Origin: the human T2T-CHM13v2.0 reference genome, Homo sapiens
NCBI RefSeq assembly: GCF_009914755.1
Contig: NC_060926.1
DNA: 64,000 bases
Direction: 5' to 3' (one strand)
The notes beneath the pieces were generated by a model. It had not been told where the DNA came from and ran no database searches. It was given only the letters and a program-made list of their open reading frames with translations. A program made the position numbers and the translations under genes. Positions 1 through 14,558 of this stretch are shown one piece after another. Every line of letters starts with the position of its first letter. The stretch's first letter is position 1.

Positions 1-432
1 TTCAGGAAATCTTGGTAAAGACTCATCTCTTGGGGAAAAAAAAAAAAAAAACTTGGTGTGAAAAAATTATTTCAGGCAGGACATATCAAAGAAGGAGTCT
101 GGTATATACACAGGAAATCTACTTAGGAGACGGTACGCAAAGGCACTGATCAGACAAAAGCGCAAAAAATACAAAAACTCATGATGCACAAAACATCACA
201 ATTTTAAATGACAAATGGACAAGGATGTCTATTGTCATGTTAACTAACTGGCAAATGGTTGAAAATCACTTAATTAAACATCCATCCCAGAGAAGGCTCG
301 TGGACTGGAACCTATCCCTACAATGGAATTTCTTGCAGCCCTGAAAATGGATGCAAACGAAGAATATCTAATAATCTAGTAGTGTGGAAAAGAGGCTCAA
401 CTTGTACCATTCATTTTGAAAAGGTAGCTCAT

Positions 433-777
<345 letters not shown>

Positions 778-1899
778 TTACCTCTTTGGGGTAAATATGT
801 ATGTTAGCGCATATACGTATGTATGTATAGTCAGTATAGCACAGACAGAAGTTCGGAAGGCTCTGCCCCAAATGTTGTAAGAGATCCGCTCCTGTTCCGC
901 CCCCAGGCTTGATGGTACAGACAGTTACTGCAGCACCCAGCCTCAAGCCACGTAACACTGTGGCCAAAGAGCAGCCTGACTGAGGTGAGGGAAATCTCTA
1001 GTCTGTTCAGAGCCCCAGACAGCTGACCAGACTTCTTCGTGCTAATTGCTGGGCCCTCCCTGCTGGCTGGCCTGGCCATGTCTGGTCTATAGGGCTTCCT
1101 CCCCTACCGAGGGTCCAGCTACTCGAGAGGCTGACGCAGGCCCACAAAATTCATTCAGTCATTTCTGTTCTAGAATGTGGTACCAGAGAAGCCCCTCGCA
1201 CCAGCACACCTCAACTCAAAGACCTGTTTTGGCTCACAAAGGCTGTGAAGAAAACAAGATAACACTGGCCAAGCCTCACAAAGCAAGTGACTCAAACCTT
1301 CAAAATGCTTGTATTTGTCTATAAAAATGCCATTTTCAACCAGAGAGCATACTGGAAGCACTAACACATGATAATTTCAGAATGTGATTTCCAATGGAGC
1401 TTGTAGCTGACACCCAGCAACCATCCAAAACTACATGGAATTCGGTTCCCGTAGAAATGATCACAGCTCAGAGACCGAATCACCCAGCCCCATGGAGAGG
1501 TGTGGCCATTTGACTCAGACCTTCAAGGGAGTGGGTCTGACCCCTGAAAACACCCCATTTCTTCTCCCTCCTCACCTCCACTGGCCAAGCTAGTGCTGCA
1601 GATTCAAAGTCACAAATCTTCCATGCAGAAAAGATCCACAAAAAAGTTCTTAATACCCCTCCTTAGGGAACAAAGGTCAATAATTAAGGTATTAAAGCAA
1701 GATCATAGAAACTCCGGAGCCAGGAGGGAGGTGTTAAACCCAGGTTAGAAAGCAGGCAAAGAGTGGAGATGGGGCTTCAGAGTGCTTGCGGTATTTCCCA
1801 TGCCGCCTGCACAGAAGGGAGAGAACCCGAGAGCCACGGTCTGGGCCGATGCCCTTGGACCTGGTGTGGCCCCTGTGCCCACCGCACCTACTCCCTTAC

Positions 1900-2036
1900 C
1901 TGTCTGGTGCAGACCTTGTGTGTAGTCGCAGAGTTGTAATCAGACCAAGAGCCCAGAGAGCAGCCCAGTATGCCTCAGACTCCAAGCAGCATCTACAGTG
2001 GGACGGGGGAGCCGCCTCTCTGGTCATGTCTCTGTC
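1900..2036 (-). other. candidate 137-nt internal exon of a minus-strand transcript
   Basis: Minus strand reads tttcttcccctggctcctcag|GACAGAGACATG...CCAGACAG|gtaagg: pyrimidine tract + AG and a consensus CAG|GTAAG donor. No recognisable protein; motif evidence only. Confidence 0.3.
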
Positions 2037-2820
2037 CTGAGGAGCCAGGGGAAGAAACCATCCCTGAGCACACAGTTCAGTGTCTGTGGACCTGAAGTGA
2101 GTGTAAGCAAAGCTTCGCGAACCTCTACAGACCCACACCTGGTCCCAGAATGCCCCAGGCACGGCAGGCTCCCCCATCTGGATGGGATGATGGCTTCACA
2201 AAACTATGCCCAATCTCAAAACCCATTCTCAGGGACGAGTTTAGTGTCTTCAATAAGGGGCATTTGTCAAATTGTTTGGGAACATTCAATTTTGAAGAAA
2301 AAAACAACAAACGCAATGGGTGAATCTCATAGGATATGTCAAGTAGAGATAAATAGGAAGTAGAGCAGGTGTATATCAAACAGAGGAGGAGATACGAGCT
2401 CTAAGACACCTAGTATTCATGAAGCACCACATGGACCCAAGGCAGCTGGGCAGCAAAGACTCACGATACATTCGACATGGAAAAGGTGCTCGACACCACG
2501 ATACATTTGTATGCACGGGACCAGTTACCCAGAGGAACCTGATATTCCCTCAAAATTCGCTTCCCCACTGGTGACCCAATGCTGGTCCTCTGAATCCAAG
2601 GCTGTTCAACACACTCACTAGTGAGCCCAGACGTGGCAGGGCAGAACCATCCCTGTGTCTCTCCAACACGACGGGGCGTATGTCTTGGCCCAGGGCACCT
2701 CCCATCCGTGGCCCCCATGCAAGTGCTTCAAGTCAGGTCCTTCTCCTCACACATTAGTGGGGAAGGCGGATGCTGCAGACCAAGACAGGACACACGGATG
2801 CTTTCCAGCTACCACATCTC

Positions 2821-3170
2821 CGTCCCCACCCTCTGTACCGTGTCCCCTACCCCATCCCCGTCCCCACCCTCTGTACCGTGTCCCCTACCCCATCCCCGTC
2901 CCCACCCTCTGTACCGTGTCCCCTACCCCATCCCCGTCCCCACCCTCTGTACCGTGTCCCCTACCCCATCCCCATCCCCACCCTCTGTACCGTGTCCCCT
3001 ACCCCATCCCCGTCCCCACCCTCTGTCCTGTGTCCCCTACTCCATCCCCATCCCCACCCTCTGTCCTGTGTCCCCTACTGCATCTCTGACCCCACCCTAT
3101 CCTACCTATATCACCTACCCCATCTCTGTCCCACCCCTGTCCTGTGTCACCTACCCCTCTTCCGTCCCCT
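2821..3170. repeat. 38-bp C-rich minisatellite (VNTR)
   Basis: Unit cgtccccaccctctgtaccgtgtcccctaccccatccc recurs at 2821, 2859, 2897, 2935, 2973, 3011, 3049, then degenerates. Confidence 0.95.
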
Positions 3171-3476
3171 CGCTTCTCCCTGTGTGTTCTAAATTGCGTC
3201 AAGGTTGTTCCCCACATGACAGCTTCCACCAGCAGCTGTGCTCAGGAGCACTGTGTATGGCAGTTATGCTCATTTTCCTTAAATGCCATCAGATCTCAGT
3301 TATGGAAGGACCCTTTATTGCTTTAGGGAACATTATTAGTGGGGGTCCTAACTGGTAGTTATAACAAATGCCCTTTAACCGTCTTACAAGAAAGACAATA
3401 AGAGAGTAATACCTATAAATAATTTATGGAGCATTTTCTATGTTTGTCATACAGCACCTCATGTAATGCTCATGTA

Positions 3477-3499
3477 TGTGTGTGTGTGTGTGTGTGTGT
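3477..3499. repeat. (TG)n microsatellite
   Basis: TG run directly visible. Confidence 0.9.
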
Positions 3500-3576
3500 C
3501 TACCACTCCCCCACCCCATCTAAGGGGTGACTGAGGTTGCAGGACTTCTAAGTGGCACAGCAGAAACCAGAGCCTG

Positions 3577-3921
<345 letters not shown>

Positions 3922-6334
3922 TTAAAAAGAAGGCAACCTCTCTGACATTTTCTCCTCCCACATATGGGGCAGTGTTTCCGAGAGTAGTTTCTTGGAAACT
4001 GCACACCCCGCAGCTAATGGTTCTGGTGCTTCCCACAGACATGAGAATTTGAGGGCAGAAACCATGGAGAGACTGGTGTATGGACCTCAGAGGTTAAGGC
4101 AAATATTTCTGGAAGTTCTTCAGCTACACACAGTTAAAAACCAGCCCCACACACCACAGCCAGGAGAAGGCCTGAGCAAATAAATACCTTTCCATCTGCA
4201 CTTTTCAAAACGAACTTCCATAATTTCCTTTCACAGATACCCAGATCATAAGAAAAATGTCTGAGAATCCTTCCTACCAGCAGTCTCCTCCAGAATGGTA
4301 TCTGAGCCTGTGAAAAGCTGGTGGCTGACGCTGCTCAGGAGGTGCCCTGTTACATCACATGCCTGTCTTATCATTTCCCATCATTTCACTGCTAAATTCA
4401 CTGGGCACCGACAGAAACAGCATCTCTAGTTCATTATCCACTTGGCTCAGGATTATGGGTTAGACCCCCTTAAAAGCAATACAAATATCTTCAAGGTAAT
4501 TTGTCAAAATCATAAATGTGTCTTAAGGACTCTTAATCTGACCTAAAGTTTTGAAGTTATTTTCCAGACACAGAGATCTAGAAAGAGCATTATTTGATGA
4601 GAATTCTCCTGATTTCCGTTCAGTTTGGGGAAAACAGAAGGATTTTGAACGCTGGCTGTCTGTGTTGTCCTACCCACAGGTGACACCAGCAGTACCGGTG
4701 TTTGCAGGTATCTAGACAACAGAAGAGATCGGCGGGACACCAGCCAGCATCAAGCCACAGGTGGGCCTGTGAACACCAGGCCGGGCCGGCCTGTCTCCCT
4801 TTCAAAGGCAGTTCTCTTGCATCTCACATCCATGTGGCCAAGTTGTTACTTTAAGTTCCACCTCCTCCAAGAAGCTTCCCCTGATTACCTCCCCTTCCAA
4901 ATCCAGTGTGAACTGAGTGTGAACTAAATCCAGGGCTCAGGCTAGCAGGTACAGGCTTGACAAGGGCTCATCTTATTCACCAGAAGCAGCAATTATGACT
5001 CGGACCTTTCCGGCTTGTAGTGAGTGCCAAGCACACAGGGGGTTGCTCTGATGATGAGGCAGCAACAGCATAAATAGGAACGGTGGTTTGGAAGACGCCC
5101 ATCCCCATGACAGTGGGCCGGGCTGTGTACGCAGAAAGCCATTCAATCCCCGCAACGCCGCTGCCAGCTACTCCTTCCTTGCCTTCTCCCAGCCCTGACT
5201 GAAGTCTCCAGCAGCCCCGACGACTCTCCCAGTCTTTTTCAGGTAATAAAAAGGCCTAGCACACTTTACCCAAGACAGTGGTGAATACAGAGATATTTTA
5301 AACTTCCTTTTATGTATCAAGGGCAAAGCCTGGAAGCTGGAGCCTAGAGCTCTCCCCAAAGCCATGATGCGCAGAGGACAGAAGACAGAACCTAAGAAAC
5401 AGCCCTGCCCCACAGGTAGAAAAATGCCTTCTGGGTCTGGGACATGAACCCAGGCACTGAGCACCTACCGCTGTGCACCCCACCTGGAGGAGCAGGGGTG
5501 GGGCTGAGGGGGCGTTCTTGTCCTGCTTCCTGTGGGAACTCAGGGAAGGCCGAGCTCAGGACAGTAGAAATGGAGGCCTAGTACGGTTCCGCACAACCTG
5601 GGCGGGCTCCCAGGTGCCCAATAGGGGCCCAGAAGAGACCTCAGAGCATGGGGACCTCTGGGCCAATGGAAGAGCCAGGTCCCCGCTGTGGCTCACCCTG
5701 GGGACACCAGCTGGACAATGATGGAAATGTGAGCCGGAGGCTCCATGTGGAGGGGAAAGGGACTCACTGGGGCACCGCAAGAGGACCAGATGACCAGTCA
5801 GGGCCACTCCCCTCAAGCTCTGATGGGACTACAACCCTCTCCTGGTGCCCAGGGGTGACTTGTAGCGAAAAGGGGTCCCCGAGGAGTAACGTGGAAAGAC
5901 TGAGAGACTGACTCCCACCAGGGACGAAGCTACCTTTAAGCTAAATAGTGACTGAAATAATACCATTGAATTAGGCTCTAGAAAAACAGAACCATGCACT
6001 GGGAACTGAGTATATGAAAAAGGGAACCAAGGGACTTCACTAGGGACAGCAAAATCAAGCTCACTTACACAAAATTTTGCACCTTTCCACAATAAACCCT
6101 GGGCAGGTTTCCACCCAGAGAGTCCACCTGCAACACAAGCAGTATTTATGTGCACAACAAGCAACTGCATGACAAGGCACGGAGCCAGCCTGCAGGGGAA
6201 GAGCCAGTGGCTGCAAGGTAGCTAAGTCAAATCCAGGCCCACCAGGACATCACAGAAAACCCACCCTCCTGGAGGCCTGGTACCTTCACATCTATTCTCT
6301 CATTTAACCAAGAGCATCCCTGAGGGCTGGCCAG

Positions 6335-7025
<691 letters not shown>

Positions 7026-7234
7026 AAGATTCATCTTAACTAGCCTAAGAGGGCCAAGCAGAGCAGTGATCTCAGCAGGACAGCCACCCGTTAGTGAGCC
7101 CCACATGACGCATCCTATGCAGCAGCTGAGCTGCGCAGCATCCATGGATGGTACACTTTATTTTATAAGTGAGGAAACAGATGCTTAGAGAGTAAGAACT
7201 TGACTCGTGGAGGAGGTCCAGAATCAGACTCAGG

Positions 7235-7432
7235 CAAGCCAGGTACTCACTACAGGCACAAAATTTAAGGGGGTACCAAAAATGCAGTCAGATAAATGCC
7301 TTATTACAATATTTTAAAACATCAAAACAAATACAAAAATCCCTAATGTACAAAATCTCACATTTTTAAATAAAGACAGGATCAGTGTTCCTGATTTTTC
7401 CTGTTGCCTCAGACTCCAAGATGGCACAGCAT
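7235..7432. mobile_element. MER96B-like hAT DNA transposon fossil
   Basis: aaaatttaagggggtaccaaaaa...taaataaagacaggatcagtg...tgcctcagactccaagatggc resembles MER96B as recalled. Confidence 0.6.
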
Positions 7433-8239
7433 AGGGGCAGAGCCCAGAAACCAGCCCAGCTCAACCTTCTCCACCAGCTCCACACGACACTGTCTCTAGA
7501 TATCTTTCTCCTCACAATTTTATAACCTCAATAGGTTCTTAGGATGACCACAGTGCTCCATCATTCCAGGTGTGCGCCCGTGGGACCGAGCTCCAGGGAA
7601 AATACCAGGGGTCTACACAGATTCTAGTCTATGGTATATGCAAATGAAGGAAGCCTGCAGGCTCCAATAACCTAGTAGGATACCTTAAGACCAGTTTGGG
7701 AAGGTGTGAGCTGGCTCTAAAAGGGTAACACAGCTGCCTGTCTTCCACTTGGATTTCCTGGCTCAAAACTGTCAACAGGACCTGATGCCTGCAGGCGGTT
7801 TGCACCTACACGGAGTCAAATTCACACAGCCGCACTGCTTCTGACTTGCATTTCAAAAGCAAGTGACTATTATGCTCTGATCACATGTGAACTTCATACC
7901 GAATCTTTGCCTATGATGAAGCTTCTGTTCAACAAATATTTGTTGATTAAAAATGTGAACACTTCTTAGATCAACTCCAGAATCCCTCCCGGGTGGCGTG
8001 TAATCAAAGCCTAAAACCTGTTAAATAAACCATCACCTAAAGCATAAGGCAGTTCGTGAATGTGTCCACTCCTTTCCCCTGCAACTGCGTGTGGAGACAG
8101 TGGGCATAAAGACCTCGTATGCTAGCAATTTCAACCGAGCAGGACCTTCTCTCCCTCCTCTTTCATTTTCCTGGCGCGTAAACTGCTGGATTTGCCTCAC
8201 AGTGGAAAGTTGGGTCCAGCAAAGTGAGCAAAGGGAAAC

Positions 8240-9950
8240 TTTGGGCACTTGCACGAGCGCGTCCGGCTCCCCCTCGGCCGCAGGAGCTGCCCAGGGCTTC
8301 GGCGGCGGGGGTGGCGCCTCTCCGGGTCCGAGGGGCCCCTGGCTTCACGGCCTCTGCCCTCGACCCCCTAGCCCCGGCCCGCCCCACCTCCGCCCGGTGC
8401 CCCCGCGCCCACCCCGCCTTCGACCCACGCCTGCCTTGGGACACGCGATTTCAAACCCCTCGAGGTACCTGGGACAGGAGCGTGGCCCGGGCTCGGCGAG
8501 ACGCGCAGAGAAGGGCACCTTCCGCGGGGTGCGGCGAGCCGGGGCTGCTCCCGCCGCGGTGCGCGTCTAGCCCCAGCCCAAAGCCGGGGCGACGCAGCAG
8601 GTGGCCGCGCGGCCTCCAGACAGCCCGGGTCTGCGGCCGAAGAGCTGGACGCGGGCGCTGACACTACCCTCCCGCGGCCGGCCCGGCCCTGCGCCCGGCG
8701 CGCTCCCAGCTCCCAGCTCCCAGCTGCAGGCGCGCCGGCTTCGCTCGGCTCCGCTCGGCTCGGCGGGGGCGGACGCCGCTCAGCTCCCCTCGCCGGCCGC
8801 CGCGCGCACCTCCCCCGCGGCGCACAGCTCCCAACGCCGCCTCCGCAGCTGGCCCGGCGGAGTGGGGCCGAGACCTCGGGGCGGGGGGCGCAGGCGCCGG
8901 CCTGGGCCTTGGACGCCCCGCGGGAGGCGGGAGGGCGATCGGGGTGCGGGGAGGGCAATCGGGGTGCGGGCCCGGCTGCCCAGCGCTCCCTCCCAAGCCC
9001 GCGCCGCTCCCGACCCGCCTCGGCCTGTCCGCGCAGCGGCGCTGTCGGGGCTCCGGGAGGGCCGGGGGGCACCGGAGACCCGGAGGTGGTGGCAAGTCAG
9101 TCCGGGACTGGCCCAGGGCACCCGCGCGCGTCGGTGAGAGGGACCCGGGACTCCAGGTGACCTCCGGATCCTCCCTCTAAAGCCCGGGACTCCAGGTGAC
9201 CTCCGGATCCTCCCTCTAAGTCAGTGGCCTGCGGCGGGCGTGGGCGCCGAGGGAAGGAAGTGTGCATTTGAATAAAAGTAAAAGTTTGTTATTGTTGTTG
9301 TTTTATAACCCTGTGGGTCCTGAGCGTCTCCAGGCTAATTAGGGAAGCTGCCGCCCCGTCTGGAGGTGATTCATGGGTGTGACACCGGCGAGTGTGGGAA
9401 GAAAGGCAGCTGATGCCGTCTCAGCTGCGCTCGCCTTTCTTTATTTTCTTTCTTTCTTCTTTTTTTAAAATCCTTTTTCTTGTAAAGACAGGGCTGGTCC
9501 ATTTAGGGAGACCGCGCACGGAGGGAGCTGCCTTGGGTGGTCGCCCAGCGAATCTCCTCCGGAGCCCGAGCCGCGGCTTTGGTCTGCGGATGGCACAGCC
9601 CGGCGACCCCGTCCCGGCCTCTTCCCCGGCGGTGCACGCCCAGGGCCAGGCAGGCGAGAGGCGCGGGAGTCGCGTCCCAGCAGGGAGCCCAGGCTGCGAC
9701 GAGTCCTCAGGGGACGCCTTCAACCCAGGCTGGAAGAGATGATACTAACGTCAGACGGGGAGTCTCGGGTGTCACCGGACGCCAGAATGAGCGGCGAGGT
9801 CCGCATTGTTTGGAGGGGATCACGCGGAATCCGCGCTACTCCGCGGGACGCTGGGTCCGACGGCTAGCGCCGCGCACACTGGAGGCCTGGAAAAGCCGAG
9901 CTGCTCGGCTGTCGGAGGCCGAGAGGGCCTGGACCCCGGAAGGAGCTCTC
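8240..9950. promoter_or_regulatory. CpG-island promoter, probable first-exon region (orientation probably minus)
   Basis: Very high GC and CpG density; GC box GGGGCGG (8766), NRF1-like GCGCAGGCGC (8888), short (CTCCCAG)3 and GCTCG repeats; flanks are CpG-depleted. Confidence 0.9.
9144..9219. repeat. 39-bp-period tandem duplication
   Basis: cccgggactccaggtgacctccggatcctccctctaa at 9144-9180 and 9183-9219, identical. Confidence 0.95.
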
Positions 9951-11059
9951 TCCACCTGTGGCTTTCAACGGGCTCAAAATCCCAGATAGAAGAATCGAGC
10001 GAAACGAGGCCCAAGACAGTTTCCCATTTACTTGGGCATATCAAACGAAGTTTCCTTTTTGAATTTTTAATGTTATCCCTTGGCCACAAGCTATTCACGT
10101 AAAAGCCTCTTTTGATGGTTAAGTGCTTTAAGTTCCCTGTATAAAAAGAACAAAAATAGTGATTCAGCCTTATAACCCCCCCCAAATTAATAACCTGCAT
10201 TCACAATGAATGGGTGACTCATGACAATCAGAGACAACGAGTTTGTTGGGTGTCTGTGTGTTTGTTTTTTTCAAAATCCTCAAACTAAACTGAACAACTG
10301 CAAAAACTATACTCCCCTCTCTCCTCTCCCACCTTGAGCCTCTGCTCCTTGCTCTTCAAAATCATGTTAGTTTTTGCCGCTGTAACTACTAAATATTTAT
10401 GGACTCCATAAACTGCCTTTCTACCTAAGAATTTCGTTTCCAGAATATCTTAAACCTCTGGCTTTATTTGTATTCTGTGGGTGGCTTTTGAAGTTCCTGG
10501 AGGTTTTCAGAAGACAAAAACCGAGGTTCCTGGTGATTAGTTAAGGCCGAGAACATGGTGTCAACACTCAAAATAGAAACTGGTGGGGAATTTTGTGAAT
10601 AGGTTGGGAAAATGGAAAATTATCTGGAGCCTGGTAGAGCAAGCACCTTCATGCTTTAAAAATGTGGAAAGAAACTGTGCCCCTCCCCTACCCCTGGGAC
10701 TTTCATCTTCCTGTGAGAGCTCTGGTTCCCAGGGCCCTGCCAAGTGGCTGGCAGTCAAGGAGGCTCTTCCCCTCCTTAATGCCTTTTGGATCAAGCCTTG
10801 AAGCCAGGTTAAGAAAAGACTAAAATGTTCAAGTAAGGATTTGTCAAAAGTGCAAAAGAAACATAGACCCCACATAGTGTTTCTTGCAGTCTGCATGGAC
10901 AACCAGAAAGCCAAGAGCATGGGGTTGGTTGTTTTTTGAGGCTCCAGAAAATCTCTCAGCTACCCCTGAACACATCCCTTTCAGAGAAGGAGAACCTCAT
11001 TGACAAGCCAAAAGAAAGAAGACCATGCTACTTCTAAATATATTGCACCTCACTGGGAA

Positions 11060-11310
11060 CATGCTTTTATCAAATAACCGGGCACGGATCTAAGCCATTT
11101 ACAAATAGTCACTCATTTAAATTATCCACCTGCCAGCAGACCCTCTGAGCTAAGACCTGCCATTACCCTGATTTTGCAACCGAGATGCTGCTATTATCTC
11201 CATGTGGTAGACGAGGAGACTCAGCATGAGAAGGGCAAGTACCATGCCCAAGGGCATGCAGATAGTAAGTGGCAGAGCCAGGGTTTGAACCCCTAATCTG
11301 CACTTAAGGC
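11060..11310 (-). mobile_element. MIR SINE fragment
   Basis: gacgaggagactcagc...tgcccaaggg...agtaagtggcagagccagggtttgaaccc MIR core. Confidence 0.7.
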
Positions 11311-11989
11311 TGGGCAAAGCTGCCTTTCTGAAAATGATGTCTACCTCTGCAAACTGAAAATATTTTTTAGTTTAGAAAAGAAAGGAATATCAACCCTTCC
11401 CACACTAAGAGGAAGGCATCTTTTGGGATCTCAGAAAGCAAGAGTATTTACACTTTTGATATTTACACTTTAAAATATTTACATTTGCTTCTTCACTCAG
11501 TTATTCCCAACACCATCATCATCATTGCTAATCATCAGTCCTGAATCTTCACTTAGTCAAACCAGAGGCTGGTAATTAATGGGGTGAAGACGGTGAAGTC
11601 AAAGGCAGTGTGCTTTCTAACCCAGGATGGTAGCGGGGACAATTTTCAGGACAGTGTTCATCCCAGGGTTCTGCTTTTGGGTCTTCACAGACACTCAATC
11701 TGCTTGTCTTCACTTAGGTTCAGAAAATACAGGCCCCATAGGCACAGACATCCCTACCTGGGGAGAGGATTGGAGTCAAGGGCCAGCCAGGAACCAATTA
11801 GGAAGAAACAATATCTCAACAGGCCCATTGCCCAGGTGAGCCATGGTGGCAGAGGTCGAATTGAGCTGCCTCACTGCCAGAGGCCACAGGGACCCTACTC
11901 CTGAGGGGCTCTCTGCAGGCGGCTGTCCAGCAATACCCAGATCTTAGCCACCATCCCTCTGATCCTTCTCCAGCAATAGGGATTGGACC

Positions 11990-12457
11990 CTGTCCTTTCC
12001 CTGTTTCAAAACCCTTCCCTGGCTTCCCTGCAGTTAGGGTGAAACCCAGACTCCTTAAGAGGACCACATCTCCTGGGCTTCCTTTCAGTACCACCCTCTG
12101 CTCCCTCCACTCCAGCCACACTGGCTTTCTTCCAGTTCTGTGAACAACCCAAGCTTCTTCCTGCCCTGAGGGCTTAGCCCCAGCTGCCCCCACCCTTCAC
12201 CTGGCTGACTCCCACTAATTTTTCAGGACTTAGCTTCAGTGATACTTCCTTTGGTCTTTTTTTCCTGACCTGTATTTCCCTCCTACTCCTCTTCTTTAGA
12301 GAACATATTACACTTTGGAGTGATTTATTTTTTATTCCATACTGGAGTCCCTCACCAGAGCACAACCTCCAGGAGGGCAGGGTCTGTATCTGTGTCTAGC
12401 ACCTAGCACGGTGCTGGTTTACAATAGCTGCTGGATCAATATTTATTAATCAATGAA
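11990..12457 (+). mobile_element. L2 LINE 3' end
   Basis: ctccagccacactggctttct...gagggcagggtctg...cctagcacggtgctgg...tcaatatttattaatcaatgaa. Confidence 0.8.
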
Positions 12458-12893
12458 CTTTCACCATGGCCTATTATGACCCTGAAACTGCTGTATCTCA
12501 AATGCATGAGACTGCACCCACTCTCTCTTCCCAATTTTTTTCCACCCTAGTCTTGATCCCGTTGTTTCCTAAACTTCTGCTCCTCCCCCATCCAAGGACC
12601 TTCTGCTCCAACTGCTCATTTCTCACTAGTCATCTCTCTCCAGCCTCCACCCTGCCTAGCCCTGGGCCTCATGGTCATCCCTTGACTGCTCTCTTACCAG
12701 CACCCCCAGTGCCCTCATCCCTTGGTCCCCCCCCACCCCCGCCAACACCTTCCTGGTTGAAACCCCAACCATACACCAGCCTCCTCTCTTCCTACACAAG
12801 CCCTTTTGTGCTGCCAAGGAAATTCACAGAACCATGCAGACCTAAACCACAAAAATACAGTCTCCACCCACACTTGGGCCTTACTACTTTGAG

Positions 12894-13022
12894 CCCATTA
12901 ATGCCTAGTGTTCCATTATTGGAATGCTAAGCTTGTGGGAGTTATTTACATCCTACTGCTGAAGGTCATGGCCAAGGTCTGATTTTTCACATAAGAAAAT
13001 TGCAACCTCCAGCATAAATGGG
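12894..13022 (+). mobile_element. MER85 (piggyBac/PGBD3-family MITE)
   Basis: TIRs cccattaatgcc...gcataaatggg, right TTAA at 13023-13026, internal palindrome gttccattattggaat; the paralogous empty site retains TTAA. Confidence 0.9.
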
Positions 13023-13421
13023 TTAAACATTCTCTGAAAAACAAACAGGATGGTACATAAAATAAGAAAGAAGGAAAGATCACCAATAATTCCAACCGCA
13101 GAGGCAATCACTGTTGGCATTTTATTGTTTTTCTTCCAGTTTTTCTTTTTCCAAAAAAGGGATTCAAGCTGGCCTGCAAACTCAAATGGCTTGTACATAG
13201 TTGAGATTAAGGCAAATACACAAGATTGTATCCTGTTTTTTTCAGCTACATTATACACAAGTATCTTCCCTTGTGATAATGTAGTTTTTATAAATATAAG
13301 TTTTTAATAACTAATATTTCATTATGTGATACATCATGATTTATTATTTTAAACCATTTCTGTATTGTCTTGTTTTCAACTTGGGAGTGTTCTACAAAAT
13401 TCTTTAACAAGATCTGTATGC

Positions 13422-13774
<353 letters not shown>

Positions 13775-14226
13775 TTAGGAGATATTCAGAGAGGAATCCC
13801 TGAGCTGATGGCTATGAATGAGCTGAAGGCTCTGAGTCTCAGCGTGGGAAGGCGTCTAAGGTTCTAAGGCCTGAAAAACGCCACATTATTTCCTTTGTTC
13901 CTGCACAGCTCACTTTGCCATTGCCCACAGCAAAAGTAGCCCTAACTGCTCTCACATACTGTGTGTTCCCGGTCTGCACCATGTTCTCCTCTGAACAGAT
14001 GGTTTTGCGTTCTTCTTCGGAGAACGTTAATGATGGGTATGAACTCTCAATGCCCCATATCCACCCCCAGACCAGTAACACTGATCTTTGATCCTAGACA
14101 TGAGACAGTATCTCCCTGCCACTTAGATCTTAGGGAAGATTAGCTTGCACCCACTTCCTCCAAGAGCACCACCCACAAAGATGGATCTTTCCAATCTGCA
14201 AATATGATCATGACACCCATTGTTCA

Positions 14227-14558
<332 letters not shown>

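Noticed and set aside
2459-2590. Second possible minus-strand exon ending at ATC|GTGAGT (2465)
   Set aside because: No convincing acceptor; a donor motif alone is insufficient
2621-3358. 245-aa and other Pro-rich ORFs
   Set aside because: Translations of the 38-bp VNTR, open in several frames
8091-10200. Many overlapping Pro/Arg/Gly/Ala-rich ORFs up to 234 aa
   Set aside because: Expected from stop-codon scarcity in a CpG island; open in all frames with no recognisable domain
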